A DNA stretch of 64,000 nucleotides from Tubulanus polymorphus (GCF_964204645.1 NC_134028.1:20211245-20275244), one strand, 5' to 3'; shown: positions 58,601-63,585, counted from the stretch's first letter. Notes: generated by a model not told the origin, from the sequence alone. Numbers and translations: made by a program.

Positions 58601-59429
58601 AGACTGGTCTTAAGTCTAAGCCGTGACTATGCAACTGGCCCCTGGTTCTTAGAGTTGATTAGTTGGCATTTAGATTGAATGTCGGGACCGAGATCAAATT
58701 TAATTTCTCGCACATTCTCACGATTTCTGTTTTTATATTTCATTTTCTATGTAAATTCACCGTCGCTAGCGATGAAGATGGCAATCCAGTGATTATAGTG
58801 AATAGTGACACGGACATAACAACTTCGGACATCGAAACATTACGTTCAGCGGCTGCAGCTACATCTATCAATCGCAACGGACATGCACCTGTGTAAGTTC
58901 AGTTCTGCGCACCTGATTTAAGTTTCTAGTTCCAGTTTTAAACGACTCTTTATATCCACGATGTGTGGACTTGCCCAATTTTGTCAGGACAGTGGATAAC
59001 TGACATAGTGATATATATAGCCAAAACTGCTTTGTTATCGTTATCATGGTGTTTTTCGGCAAACTGAGAGACCGAAATATTTGTTCTTTTCTAGTATCGA
59101 CGCTTTATAAGTAAATTCTAGAAATTACTGTTTAGATACAGAATTTCTTTATGCGGTTGGTACACGCAATAGTTAGGATGATTTTAAACATTGCAATACG
59201 TACTCGTATGATTGCCAATTGTTAACTGCCTCTCCCTCTGCCATTTATGTGTATAATGTATGTGCATACTTTCGACGGTTTCTAACCCTTCACTGAATTC
59301 GTTAAGAATAGTTTCAAGTGTGTGTAAATCAATGAACTGATTTGTTAATGTATGAATTGTTTCACGGCTGCTTGTGCTTGATACAGTGAACAGGAATCTA
59401 GCTCCGGTGATGAAAATACACGATTATGA
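7578..59429 (+). CDS. PCDH15: Giant protocadherin-15/Cad99C-like cadherin: signal peptide, about 32 EC repeats, membrane-adjacent domain, TM, tail ending ENTRL*; about 3,709 aa from 65 exons. Automated pipelines may label it Fat4-like or cadherin-23-like
   Basis: The exons below splice GT-AG in phase to 11,130 nt. Repeated PE/LDRE/DxNDNxP/AxDxD cadherin motifs. PCDH15-like signatures recalled from the human protein: [93 protein letters not shown]. No EGF or LamG domains before the TM. The symbol is a homology call, not proven orthology. Confidence 0.8.
7747..8007. mobile_element. palindromic Penelope pLTR-derived element
   Basis: About 100-bp inverted arms around a hammerhead; same family as 63722-64000. 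Confidence 0.6.
7833..7874 (-). ncRNA. minimal type I hammerhead ribozyme
   Basis: Minus strand ACAC-CTGACGA-T-GATCTC-TAGGGT-GAGATC-GAAAC-GTC-GTGT. Confidence 0.72.
9437..9629. repeat. long imperfect inverted repeat next to a caggggcggatcc-type MITE end
   Basis: gattatgaattcaaactttg...cttgacattttaaggaggg versus ccctccttaaaatgtcaag...caaagtttgaattcataatc. Confidence 0.65.
12316..12924. mobile_element. foldback non-autonomous DNA transposon, IS3EU-like (copy 1)
   Basis: Termini TATGGTGGCTGATAAG...CTTATCAGCCACCATA; long TIRs with internal gccaaaacg/cgttttggc subrepeats; near 6-bp TSD tataaa/tataca. Confidence 0.7.
13331..13572 (+). CDS. cadherin exon 2 (EC1)
   Basis: [24 protein letters not shown]...RYSPQSK; ttccag/gttagt. 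Confidence 0.85.
13771..13848 (+). CDS. cadherin exon 3 (EC1)
   Basis: [26 protein letters not shown]; ttctag/gtaagt; second EC1 Cys. Confidence 0.8.
14604..14693 (+). CDS. cadherin exon 4
   Basis: [30 protein letters not shown]. Confidence 0.88.
15041..15331. mobile_element. MITE family B (Harbinger-like)
   Basis: TIR acgctgcgattacac/gtgtgatcgcggct; related copies at about 4654, 21931 and 59482. Confidence 0.6.
15418..15507 (+). CDS. cadherin exon 5
   Basis: [30 protein letters not shown]. Confidence 0.88.
15850..15969 (+). CDS. cadherin exon 6
   Basis: GGSDGKFKL...[19 protein letters not shown]. Confidence 0.9.
16057..16179 (+). CDS. cadherin exon 7
   Basis: DNEFYGKK...[23 protein letters not shown]. 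Confidence 0.9.
16774..18564. mobile_element. Harbinger-like MITE split by the foldback insertion
   Basis: TIR agcctagcgcacatcgac...gtcgatgtatgcttagct with TTA on both flanks. Confidence 0.6.
17127..18445. mobile_element. foldback non-autonomous DNA transposon, IS3EU-like (copy 2, expanded)
   Basis: Same termini as 12316-12924; perfect 6-bp TSD ACCTAG at 17121-17126 and 18446-18451; expanded subterminal repeats. Confidence 0.8.
19418..19520 (+). CDS. cadherin exon 8
   Basis: [34 protein letters not shown]. Confidence 0.88.
19673..19791 (+). CDS. cadherin exon 9
   Basis: [28 protein letters not shown]...IQVK. Confidence 0.9.
19864..20013. mobile_element. MITE family A
   Basis: Shares the gacttaagtcc...ttagattggctatagaac...cttaagtctaag core with 58504-58641. 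Confidence 0.55.
20691..20867 (+). CDS. cadherin exon 10
   Basis: [10 protein letters not shown]...DINDNPP...[20 protein letters not shown]. Confidence 0.9.
21931..22211. mobile_element. MITE family B
   Basis: Similar to 15041-15331 (cgatttggc...gggccaaattggca...gaatcgcggt). Confidence 0.55.
22224..22363. mobile_element. MITE family A (reverse)
   Basis: TIR ccagttgcacagtcatg/catgactgtgcaactgg. Confidence 0.65.
22523..22657 (+). CDS. cadherin exon 11
   Basis: [24 protein letters not shown]...[12 protein letters not shown]. Confidence 0.9.
23411..23438. repeat. (TTCA)n microsatellite
   Basis: ttcattcattcattcattcattcattca. Confidence 0.9.
23526..23690 (+). CDS. cadherin exon 12
   Basis: [11 protein letters not shown]...DANDNKPVF...SKIGQ. 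Confidence 0.9.
24479..24684 (+). CDS. cadherin exon 13
   Basis: [18 protein letters not shown]...[11 protein letters not shown]. Confidence 0.9.
24833..25128. mobile_element. piggyBac-like MITE
   Basis: TTAA-ccctttcagtgc...gcactgaaaggg-TTAA. Confidence 0.8.
25341..25470 (+). CDS. cadherin exon 14
   Basis: [20 protein letters not shown]...VFQIS. Confidence 0.9.
25520..25746. repeat. GA-rich low-complexity tract
   Basis: Largely purine gagagggag-type sequence filling most of the intron. Confidence 0.8.
25783..25865 (+). CDS. cadherin exon 15
   Basis: [27 protein letters not shown]. Confidence 0.9.
25955..26039 (+). CDS. cadherin exon 16
   Basis: [28 protein letters not shown]. Confidence 0.9.
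26599..26786 (+). CDS. cadherin exon 17
   Basis: [20 protein letters not shown]...[19 protein letters not shown]. Confidence 0.9.
26866..27118 (+). CDS. cadherin exon 18
   Basis: [13 protein letters not shown]...[11 protein letters not shown]...DINDNLP...FTPQ. Confidence 0.9.
27150..27745. repeat. 60-bp minisatellite (about 10 units)
   Basis: gacttgagagtgatatctgagttggatgatacagtagactccgctcaagtcagatcttt-like unit recurs in register every 60 nt. Confidence 0.9.
27850..28089 (+). CDS. cadherin exon 19
   Basis: [20 protein letters not shown]...ADVVIKIQ. Confidence 0.9.
28180..28268 (+). CDS. cadherin exon 20
   Basis: [29 protein letters not shown]. Confidence 0.9.
28604..28772 (+). CDS. cadherin exon 21
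   Basis: [23 protein letters not shown]...[15 protein letters not shown]. Confidence 0.88.
28975..29093. mobile_element. MITE family A (Harbinger-like, CTG TSD)
   Basis: ctg-gggcgagttgcacagtc...gactatgcatctggccc-ctg. Confidence 0.7.
29461..29572 (+). CDS. cadherin exon 22
   Basis: [12 protein letters not shown]...[12 protein letters not shown]. Confidence 0.9.
29648..29772 (+). CDS. cadherin exon 23
   Basis: [41 protein letters not shown]. Confidence 0.9.
30032..30159 (+). CDS. cadherin exon 24
   Basis: [22 protein letters not shown]...IDQGSPSQT. Confidence 0.9.
30499..30642. repeat. about 140-bp palindrome
   Basis: cttgttccttattc...gagaattcatctcccaataaggaacaag versus cttgttccttattgggagatgaattctc...gaataaggaacaag. 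Confidence 0.75.
30797..30975 (+). CDS. cadherin exon 25
   Basis: [18 protein letters not shown]...[18 protein letters not shown]. Confidence 0.9.
31204..31430 (+). CDS. cadherin exon 26
   Basis: [19 protein letters not shown]...DINDNPPRF...KVIIQ. Confidence 0.9.
31981..32161 (+). CDS. cadherin exon 27
   Basis: [22 protein letters not shown]...IQAKD. Confidence 0.9.
32573..32712 (+). CDS. cadherin exon 28
   Basis: [25 protein letters not shown]...SPVTQ. Confidence 0.9.
33147..34478 (+). CDS. cadherin exon 29 (large, 1,332 nt; EC13-EC17)
   Basis: Overlaps ORF 33219..34631; VTATDKD...FTLNQNT; ttgtag/gtaaga; about four EC repeats. Confidence 0.95.
35139..35246 (+). CDS. cadherin exon 30
   Basis: [36 protein letters not shown]. 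Confidence 0.88.
36004..36144 (+). CDS. cadherin exon 31
   Basis: [15 protein letters not shown]...PENAKIG...AIDTDHNPK. Confidence 0.9.
36170..36880. repeat. about 41-bp pyrimidine-rich minisatellite (about 17 units)
   Basis: ttaccagtaacctttctcttgttttccttctgtattctgaa repeated. Confidence 0.9.
37081..37221 (+). CDS. cadherin exon 32
   Basis: [14 protein letters not shown]...[17 protein letters not shown]. Confidence 0.88.
37595..37711 (+). CDS. cadherin exon 33
   Basis: [28 protein letters not shown]...VPE. Confidence 0.9.
37803..37893 (+). CDS. cadherin exon 34
   Basis: [30 protein letters not shown]. Confidence 0.9.
38133..38266 (+). CDS. cadherin exon 35
   Basis: [13 protein letters not shown]...[22 protein letters not shown]. 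Confidence 0.9.
38392..38482 (+). CDS. cadherin exon 36
   Basis: [30 protein letters not shown]. Confidence 0.9.
38828..38964 (+). CDS. cadherin exon 37
   Basis: [28 protein letters not shown]...VNSQ. Confidence 0.9.
39591..39722 (+). CDS. cadherin exon 38
   Basis: [15 protein letters not shown]...[14 protein letters not shown]. Confidence 0.9.
40091..40274 (+). CDS. cadherin exon 39
   Basis: [15 protein letters not shown]...[14 protein letters not shown]...SNTD. Confidence 0.9.
40680..40798 (+). CDS. cadherin exon 40
   Basis: [19 protein letters not shown]...VTDSMHKAT. Confidence 0.88.
41352..41666 (+). CDS. cadherin exon 41
   Basis: [15 protein letters not shown]...[10 protein letters not shown]...LDRE...[10 protein letters not shown]. 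Confidence 0.92.
42556..42675. mobile_element. piggyBac-like MITE, 3' partial
   Basis: Matches the right part of 24833-25128, ending aaaggg-TTAA. Confidence 0.7.
42712..42831 (+). CDS. cadherin exon 42
   Basis: [19 protein letters not shown]...[12 protein letters not shown]. Confidence 0.9.
42921..43097 (+). CDS. cadherin exon 43
   Basis: [19 protein letters not shown]...[12 protein letters not shown]. Confidence 0.9.
43170..43381. mobile_element. MITE family A derivative
   Basis: agttgtacagtcatgg...ctatgcaacct with family A core motifs. Confidence 0.5.
43459..43717 (+). CDS. cadherin exon 44
   Basis: VIAMDRNG...DINDQFP...[10 protein letters not shown]...IDRLS. Confidence 0.92.
43940..44250. 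mobile_element. two inverted tRNA-derived SINE-like fragments
   Basis: catcctcccctggcagggattcaaacc and ggttcgaatccctggtggggaggatg (B-box-like); third copy at about 52266-52315. Confidence 0.45.
44418..44702 (+). CDS. cadherin exon 45
   Basis: [11 protein letters not shown]...DYNDNPP...[19 protein letters not shown]. Confidence 0.92.
44826..45520. repeat. 57-bp (3 x 19-bp) minisatellite
   Basis: atatctgagttaaacggttatctccaagttaagccgttatttctgagttacaaagtt repeated; related array at about 55020-55450. Confidence 0.88.
45602..46195 (+). CDS. cadherin exon 46 (594 nt)
   Basis: PFSINQQG...LDRE...DINDHIP...DEISDDTP...PEELPK; inside ORF 45553..46359. Confidence 0.93.
46785..46888 (+). CDS. cadherin exon 47
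   Basis: [34 protein letters not shown]. Confidence 0.88.
46996..47160. repeat. dispersed repeat (second copy at about 51151-51300)
   Basis: ttggaagcaatttttgattgcc...acaggttct...cattcagtaaattattgc shared by both. Confidence 0.65.
47228..47341 (+). CDS. cadherin exon 48
   Basis: [25 protein letters not shown]...SFSV. Confidence 0.88.
47474..47540. repeat. (TTA)n microsatellite
   Basis: ttattattatta... with a few tca/ttg variants. Confidence 0.92.
48116..48470. mobile_element. hAT-like MITE
   Basis: caggggtggatcc...gaatccacgcctg; flanks taatt/taact. Confidence 0.5.
48542..48719 (+). CDS. cadherin exon 49
   Basis: [15 protein letters not shown]...[14 protein letters not shown]...PNI. Confidence 0.9.
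48738..49070. repeat. tandem duplication of MITE family A-derived sequence
   Basis: ccagaaattgaccattgatt...actggtattaagttgttagattggcta repeated. Confidence 0.65.
49175..49269 (+). CDS. cadherin exon 50
   Basis: [31 protein letters not shown]. Confidence 0.88.
49363..49503 (+). CDS. cadherin exon 51
   Basis: [13 protein letters not shown]...DINDNSPVF...ENGNPGIL. Confidence 0.9.
49956..50055 (+). CDS. cadherin exon 52
   Basis: [33 protein letters not shown]. Confidence 0.9.
50348..50614 (+). CDS. cadherin exon 53
   Basis: [14 protein letters not shown]...NMNDNMPRF...YTYNVS. Confidence 0.9.
50830..51069. mobile_element. piggyBac-like MITE (diverged)
   Basis: TTAA-tcttttcagtgc...ctgagaggg-TTAA. 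Confidence 0.65.
51464..51609 (+). CDS. cadherin exon 54
   Basis: [22 protein letters not shown]...[14 protein letters not shown]. Confidence 0.9.
51717..51888 (+). CDS. cadherin exon 55
   Basis: [19 protein letters not shown]...ENVAPP...[10 protein letters not shown]. Confidence 0.88.
52080..52220 (+). CDS. cadherin exon 56 (ends in RKRR)
   Basis: [20 protein letters not shown]...[10 protein letters not shown]. Confidence 0.9.
52488..52618 (+). CDS. cadherin exon 57
   Basis: [21 protein letters not shown]...[17 protein letters not shown]. Confidence 0.9.
53353..53559 (+). CDS. cadherin exon 58 (last EC repeat)
   Basis: [14 protein letters not shown]...[16 protein letters not shown]. Confidence 0.92.
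54157..54245 (+). CDS. cadherin exon 59 (membrane-adjacent domain)
   Basis: [29 protein letters not shown]. Confidence 0.85.
54331..54489 (+). CDS. cadherin exon 60 (membrane-adjacent domain)
   Basis: [10 protein letters not shown]...[24 protein letters not shown]. Confidence 0.88.
54719..54907 (+). CDS. cadherin exon 61 (transmembrane)
   Basis: [13 protein letters not shown]...[27 protein letters not shown]. Confidence 0.9.
55053..55310. mobile_element. piggyBac-like MITE (reverse) inside a 19-bp satellite
   Basis: Inverted copy of 24833-25128 flanked on both sides by gagttaaacagttatctct units. Confidence 0.65.
55586..55753 (+). CDS. cadherin exon 62 (cytoplasmic, NPLY)
   Basis: [14 protein letters not shown]...[20 protein letters not shown]; phase 2-2. 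Confidence 0.85.
55850..56117. repeat. about 70-bp tandem repeat (4 units)
   Basis: acatgtacagaaaagatgacc...cataaatcccccaatgacatcatcaaattg repeated. Confidence 0.8.
56432..56714. mobile_element. piggyBac-like MITE
   Basis: ctctttcagtgcgtctacaccgc...gcactgaaaggg-TTAA. Confidence 0.7.
56778..56819 (+). CDS. cadherin cytoplasmic 42-nt exon
   Basis: [13 protein letters not shown]; tttacag/gtaaga; phase 2-2. Confidence 0.7.
57450..57491 (+). CDS. candidate optional 42-nt cytoplasmic exon (not counted in the main model)
   Basis: [13 protein letters not shown]; ttttttcgtag/gtaaaa; phase 2-2, open frame. Confidence 0.4.
58040..58495. repeat. MITE family A copy with internal about 45-bp tandem amplification
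   Basis: agtctaagctcattttcgttctataaccaatctaacaacttaagacc-like unit about 7 times between tcacagtcatgg and gtcatgactgcaa ends. Confidence 0.75.
58504..58641. mobile_element. MITE family A (Harbinger-like, CTG TSD), intact
   Basis: ctg-gggccagttgcacagtc...gactatgcaactggccc-ctg. Confidence 0.8.
58770..58892 (+). CDS. cadherin cytoplasmic exon
   Basis: [40 protein letters not shown]; donor gtaagt; phase 2-2. Confidence 0.72.
59387..59429 (+). CDS. terminal coding exon with class I PDZ-binding motif (ENTRL*)
   Basis: atacag acceptor; in phase 2 reads [16 protein letters not shown]. Confidence 0.65.
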
Positions 59430-59481
59430 AGTACGTTTGAATCGAACTAAACCTATGGATTCGGTTCCATAGTTGCGACTT

Positions 59482-59768
59482 ACGCCGCGATCGCATAAAG
59501 ACGATTTGGCCTGTGCCAGATTCGCGGCCCGTATCAGGACCGAGTCAAATACTGAACGATGCTCAAACAAAGGGTAGTGAGTCATTTTCGGAACCAGTAG
59601 CAATTCTCAAGTAATTTGACCTGTACTAAAATTAGGTTGTGATCTGACGTTTTTGGTTGGGCCAAACACGCACGGGCCCATTTGGCACCCCCGGGAACAA
59701 TTGTTCAGGAACTAAGTTGGCACAGGACAAATCTGGCCCAGGCCAAAAATGCTGGTGTTATTGGGGCT
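59482..59768. mobile_element. MITE family B nested in a gttccatag/ggaactggg-type MITE
   Basis: Similar to 15041-15331; outer ends at about 59457 and 59848. Confidence 0.5.
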
Positions 59769-60509
59769 TTTGAGTTAACTCAGAGTCAAGACGAGTTCAT
59801 GATTCAACATTAGAGTCAAATTATAAGCCGGAACTTTGGAACTGGGTTCTGTCGTCAAACTCAACCCAAATCACCCTTTTTCGAATCATTTTTCGACAGA
59901 TTTTCAATGGTTATTTTTACTTTGCTCTGATAATTATTCGTTGTAGTAAAAACACATCACGTGTCGAGATTTATATTTTCAGCCATTGTCGTCCTGAGCG
60001 CAGTGGTATCTCTGTGCTGGTGTATCATACCTTCAAATGGCTATACTGGGTTCAGGTGTTCAAACCAAGATAGATTTTTGTCTGAATTATTAATCTGTCT
60101 ATTGCTTGAATGCGTCGAATTGCGAGTAATTGAAGGTATGGTATGCGTAAGAGTACCAAAGCCTCGAAGTTTCAGCATGGACACTACAAACAACACCCCT
60201 CCCTAAAATTGATCTGCATGTTCAATTTATATGTATGTGTTCACACTTGCCAGTTATATACATTACATAAAACATTTTGAGCCAGGAACACCCTACCCTG
60301 GCCCCCGCCCTGTAGCCCTCCCCTCATACATTTTGGAGCCCCCAGCCCCGAAGCTCCTCTGACTTGAGCCTTTTTCCCATGCGACTTTCCGAATTTTGAG
60401 CTACGTAAGTCCCCCAAATCCCCCAAAGTCACCCTCTCCTCATGAATCTCAGTTCTCCATCGAAATTCACATAAATTGATTCATTGATTTATTTGCTGTT
60501 ATTCTAAAG

Positions 60510-60829
60510 GTTCTCAGATATTCCCGAATCATTCGAGCAGAAACTTGTGCTGCCATCTATTATCATCAGTAAAACTGCTGATAACGATTGGCCGACGATT
60601 GCGCGTAAAATGGGCGTAACCGAGGAAACGATCGATACATTGTTGTCGAGCGATTACGATAGTTGCCTGTTGTTAGATACGATTACGGAATGGGACATGA
60701 GACGTTTAGGGCTCGTTAAATCGCAACGTAAAATAATCCGAGGTGTCGTCCAAAAATTACGCGCTAACAACGGCAAAACAAAGATGGCCGCCGCGATGGC
60801 TAAATACCGCCAACGTGACGTTATGATTG
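60510..60829 (+). CDS. candidate alternative cytoplasmic exon with SAM-like domain
   Basis: WPTIARKMGVTEETIDTLLSSDYDSCLLLDTITEWDMRRLGLVKSQRKIIRGVVQKL fits the SAM helical pattern; part of ORF 60547..61005; exon boundaries uncertain. Confidence 0.55.
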
Positions 60830-61098
60830 GTAACGTTTTTTTTTTGTTTTTCGATGTCTTATTTCTTTATTTAGTGTTTTATTTACGATGCATTGTTGCC
60901 AGAATGTTGTGTATAGATTGTTGGACTGGTTCAGTCGGTCATTGCGCTAGGATCGGACTGGTCACCAGTTATTGTCATCAGTATTCTCAATTTCAGTTAT
61001 ACTGAAAAATTCTGGATCCAGTTCAACAGTTGTAATTGTAGATACCTATACTTATTGCAGTGGGCCTTATTGAAATGAACACATTTTGGGTCCTGAAC

Positions 61099-61380
61099 CA
61101 GGCCTGTTCCGAGTTTTTTTGAGGGGCTGTTCTATTTCTAAGGGCACTTTGTCACCATGAAAGGGGCACTTTCCTATTGAAAAAAGGACATCTTACATAT
61201 GAGTACCTGAATGAATCATTTCAGAATGGATTACTTTTCATTTTCCAAAAAACATCAAAATTGTATACAAATTTTGAAATATCTTGACAAAAATTTTTCA
61301 ACACTGATTTTTTGAAGGGCACTTTGAAAATTTTATGGAGTTTGTTCGCTACCCCCAAACTGTCTCTCGGCGCGGGCCTG
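61099..61380. mobile_element. hAT-like MITE with 5-bp TSD
   Basis: tgaac-caggcctgttccgag...ctcggcgcgggcctg-tgaac. Confidence 0.65.
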
Positions 61381-61683
61381 TGAACTGGGTCCTGATCTAA
61401 ATAAGTGAATTTTGAGAATTCTGATCTATTTTCTAATCTCTATTTCGTCTCTCTATCTCCTTCTCTTTAACAAACTGTTTTAGCCGCTGTAGAATAAGTG
61501 ACTCTTTTTAGGTTAAGGTCAGGGATGTGACACTGCGAGTTTCTTTATTTGTACAACAGTCAGTGATGGAAAATTACGCGATTAGGAACTTCAATTTCAG
61601 ACTGAATGATAGATACGTGCTGTATATCTTCAATGAGAGGCTTGATTTTTGTTAGAACAGGTGCATAAGATTCACATTACATA

Positions 61684-62537
61684 GAGTAGACTCCACCTAA
61701 ACCGGTACCGTCTATCCGGTAATACGTTCAATTCGGTAAAATTAATATATATCCATTTTCTACTGTTTTTCAATACAGATATCACCTAATGTTTGGTAAT
61801 GTAGGCATGGAAACATATTTTTAAACTTTCAAATTATGGAGTCAATTTTCTCTTTTTTAACCCCTTTCAATGATGACTTTTTGGATATCCTTCAATGAAG
61901 TGAAGAATGGATTGAAAATCCATGATTGAAAATCCATGTTTTAGGTCCACTGCCAGTGCTTTCTGGTCCTAATAAGACTTCTATGAGGTATGTTCCACCA
62001 CAAAACTGACTGAGATGCCACCTAGTATGCTCTCAAGTCAAATTGAAATAGACATTTGTCCGGTATCACTCTATTCGGTAATCCGCCTCATCCGGTAAAA
62101 TGTTGACTTCATTTCGGCCGTTTATTCAGCATCTAAAGTGGTAAACCGTAAGGGCACTTGACCAAAATTACAACGCTATCGACCTTCTATCTCTGTCGGT
62201 GATTCATACTAGGCCCTATGTTACTACTTCATTGATCTGTAGTTTTCATTCATACGCAATCGCGTCAGGAGTGAACCAAAGCGAAGGAAAGTCTCGTGAA
62301 ATGCATGAAATGCGAAGACTTTTATAGCAAGGACTTGTGTCTGAAATTTAATATAACGAAGCAAACCCGCAGCGATTCGCTAATATCTGATCGTATGAGA
62401 TACTGAGGACCGCTGTTAGGTTCAATGATTCCATATTTTTATCCATTGATCGATTTTCGCGGTTCTTCAAATCAGTAACCGTTTAATTCGGTAAAAAATG
62501 ATGGTTCCAACTTCACCCGATTAGGCGGAGTCTACTG
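61684..62537. mobile_element. Tc1/mariner (pogo/Tigger-like) non-autonomous element
   Basis: TA-gagtagactccacctaa...ttaggcggagtctactg-TA. Confidence 0.65.
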
Positions 62538-62647
62538 TAGTGTCTCAAACATGGATGTACCCCCAACCTGGATGCACGTATCCCTCCCATGATGTCCGGT
62601 TTTCATCTGTTTTTACTAATCAACTTTAGGGCTCTTTATTTTTGCAG

Positions 62648-62849
62648 CCGGGCTAAAAATTCCCTAAATCCCGTCGCGCGATCATCCGATTCGGAGAAAC
62701 GCCGTCGCGATTTTAAATGCCCGCCATTAGTTCTCTGCTGCATTTGTCGTCGGGAACAACGATCTGAGAAATCCGATACGGTTGCGACAGTTACGTCGCC
62801 CGTTGAAAGCGCGTCCGGTTATTTCGAACCGGAGCCCGATTACGACGAG
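62648..62849 (+). CDS. candidate alternative cytoplasmic exon (Cys cluster, PEPDY)
   Basis: Strong tttttgcag acceptor; RAKNSLNP...LVLCCICRR...GYFEPEPDYDE; CpG-rich like other exons; weak donor gtagtt. Confidence 0.55.
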
Positions 62850-63571
62850 GTAGTTTTAACGATATCCGTCCGCTTTCAGTCGTGTGATCGTTTAGTAACG
62901 CCATCTATTGTCTATATTGTACGTTATATTTTACAAATTCTTACGTATCATAATTTTCAAATCGCATTTTTCTGATTCTGATTCTGTACCCAATCTTTGA
63001 AATAATCGAGTTTTTCCCTAACCATTGCTGTTCCACCATCAACATGATTAGATCTTATACTTCATTATCAAAATATTTCTTATGGTAATCAATGTTCTAT
63101 CACATTTTTAGGATTCCATTTAGTACATGCGGTTACACTACAGGCAGTAACTGGACTACCATATCGTCACTTTAAAAAGTCCATTCGAATCAACCCCGGT
63201 AGTTTAAACAGATTGCCACCCCCCCCCCAAAATCATTATTCAATATCAAAATCAACTGGTTTTATATTCATAAATGTTCTACTACAGTCACATTTTATTC
63301 CCTTTAATCAAGTTTGTTTTTCTCACAAATATCAAATATTTTTGGAACATTCTCTTCATTCTCTTCGCGTCATTTTGTCTCTTTTCTGATATGTAATCAA
63401 CATTTTCCATTTGTAAGATGTTTATATTCGATGAAATGGTGCCTTGCCGCCATCTTTAATTTGATATAATTTAATTCACCGTATGGAGATGTACCCATTT
63501 AATTCACCTATGGAAACACGATTCACTGATATTGCATGTCAATTTTTCATGTTATTCTGTGTTTTCAACAG

Positions 63572-63585
63572 GACAATTCTGTGAG
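63572..63585 (+). CDS. candidate 14-nt microexon (DNSV)
   Basis: ttattctgtgttttcaacag/gtaaaa; phase 0 start fits the donor after 62849. Confidence 0.3.

Noticed and set aside
7578-59429. Identification as Fat, Dachsous, CDH23 or a classical cadherin
   Set aside because: The repeat number is Fat-like, but there are no EGF/LamG domains and no catenin-binding tail, and both termini carry PCDH15/Cad99C motifs
59961-60206. ORF with a signal-peptide-like N-terminus
   Set aside because: Starts at GTG, has no recognisable domain and no frame-consistent link to the gene model
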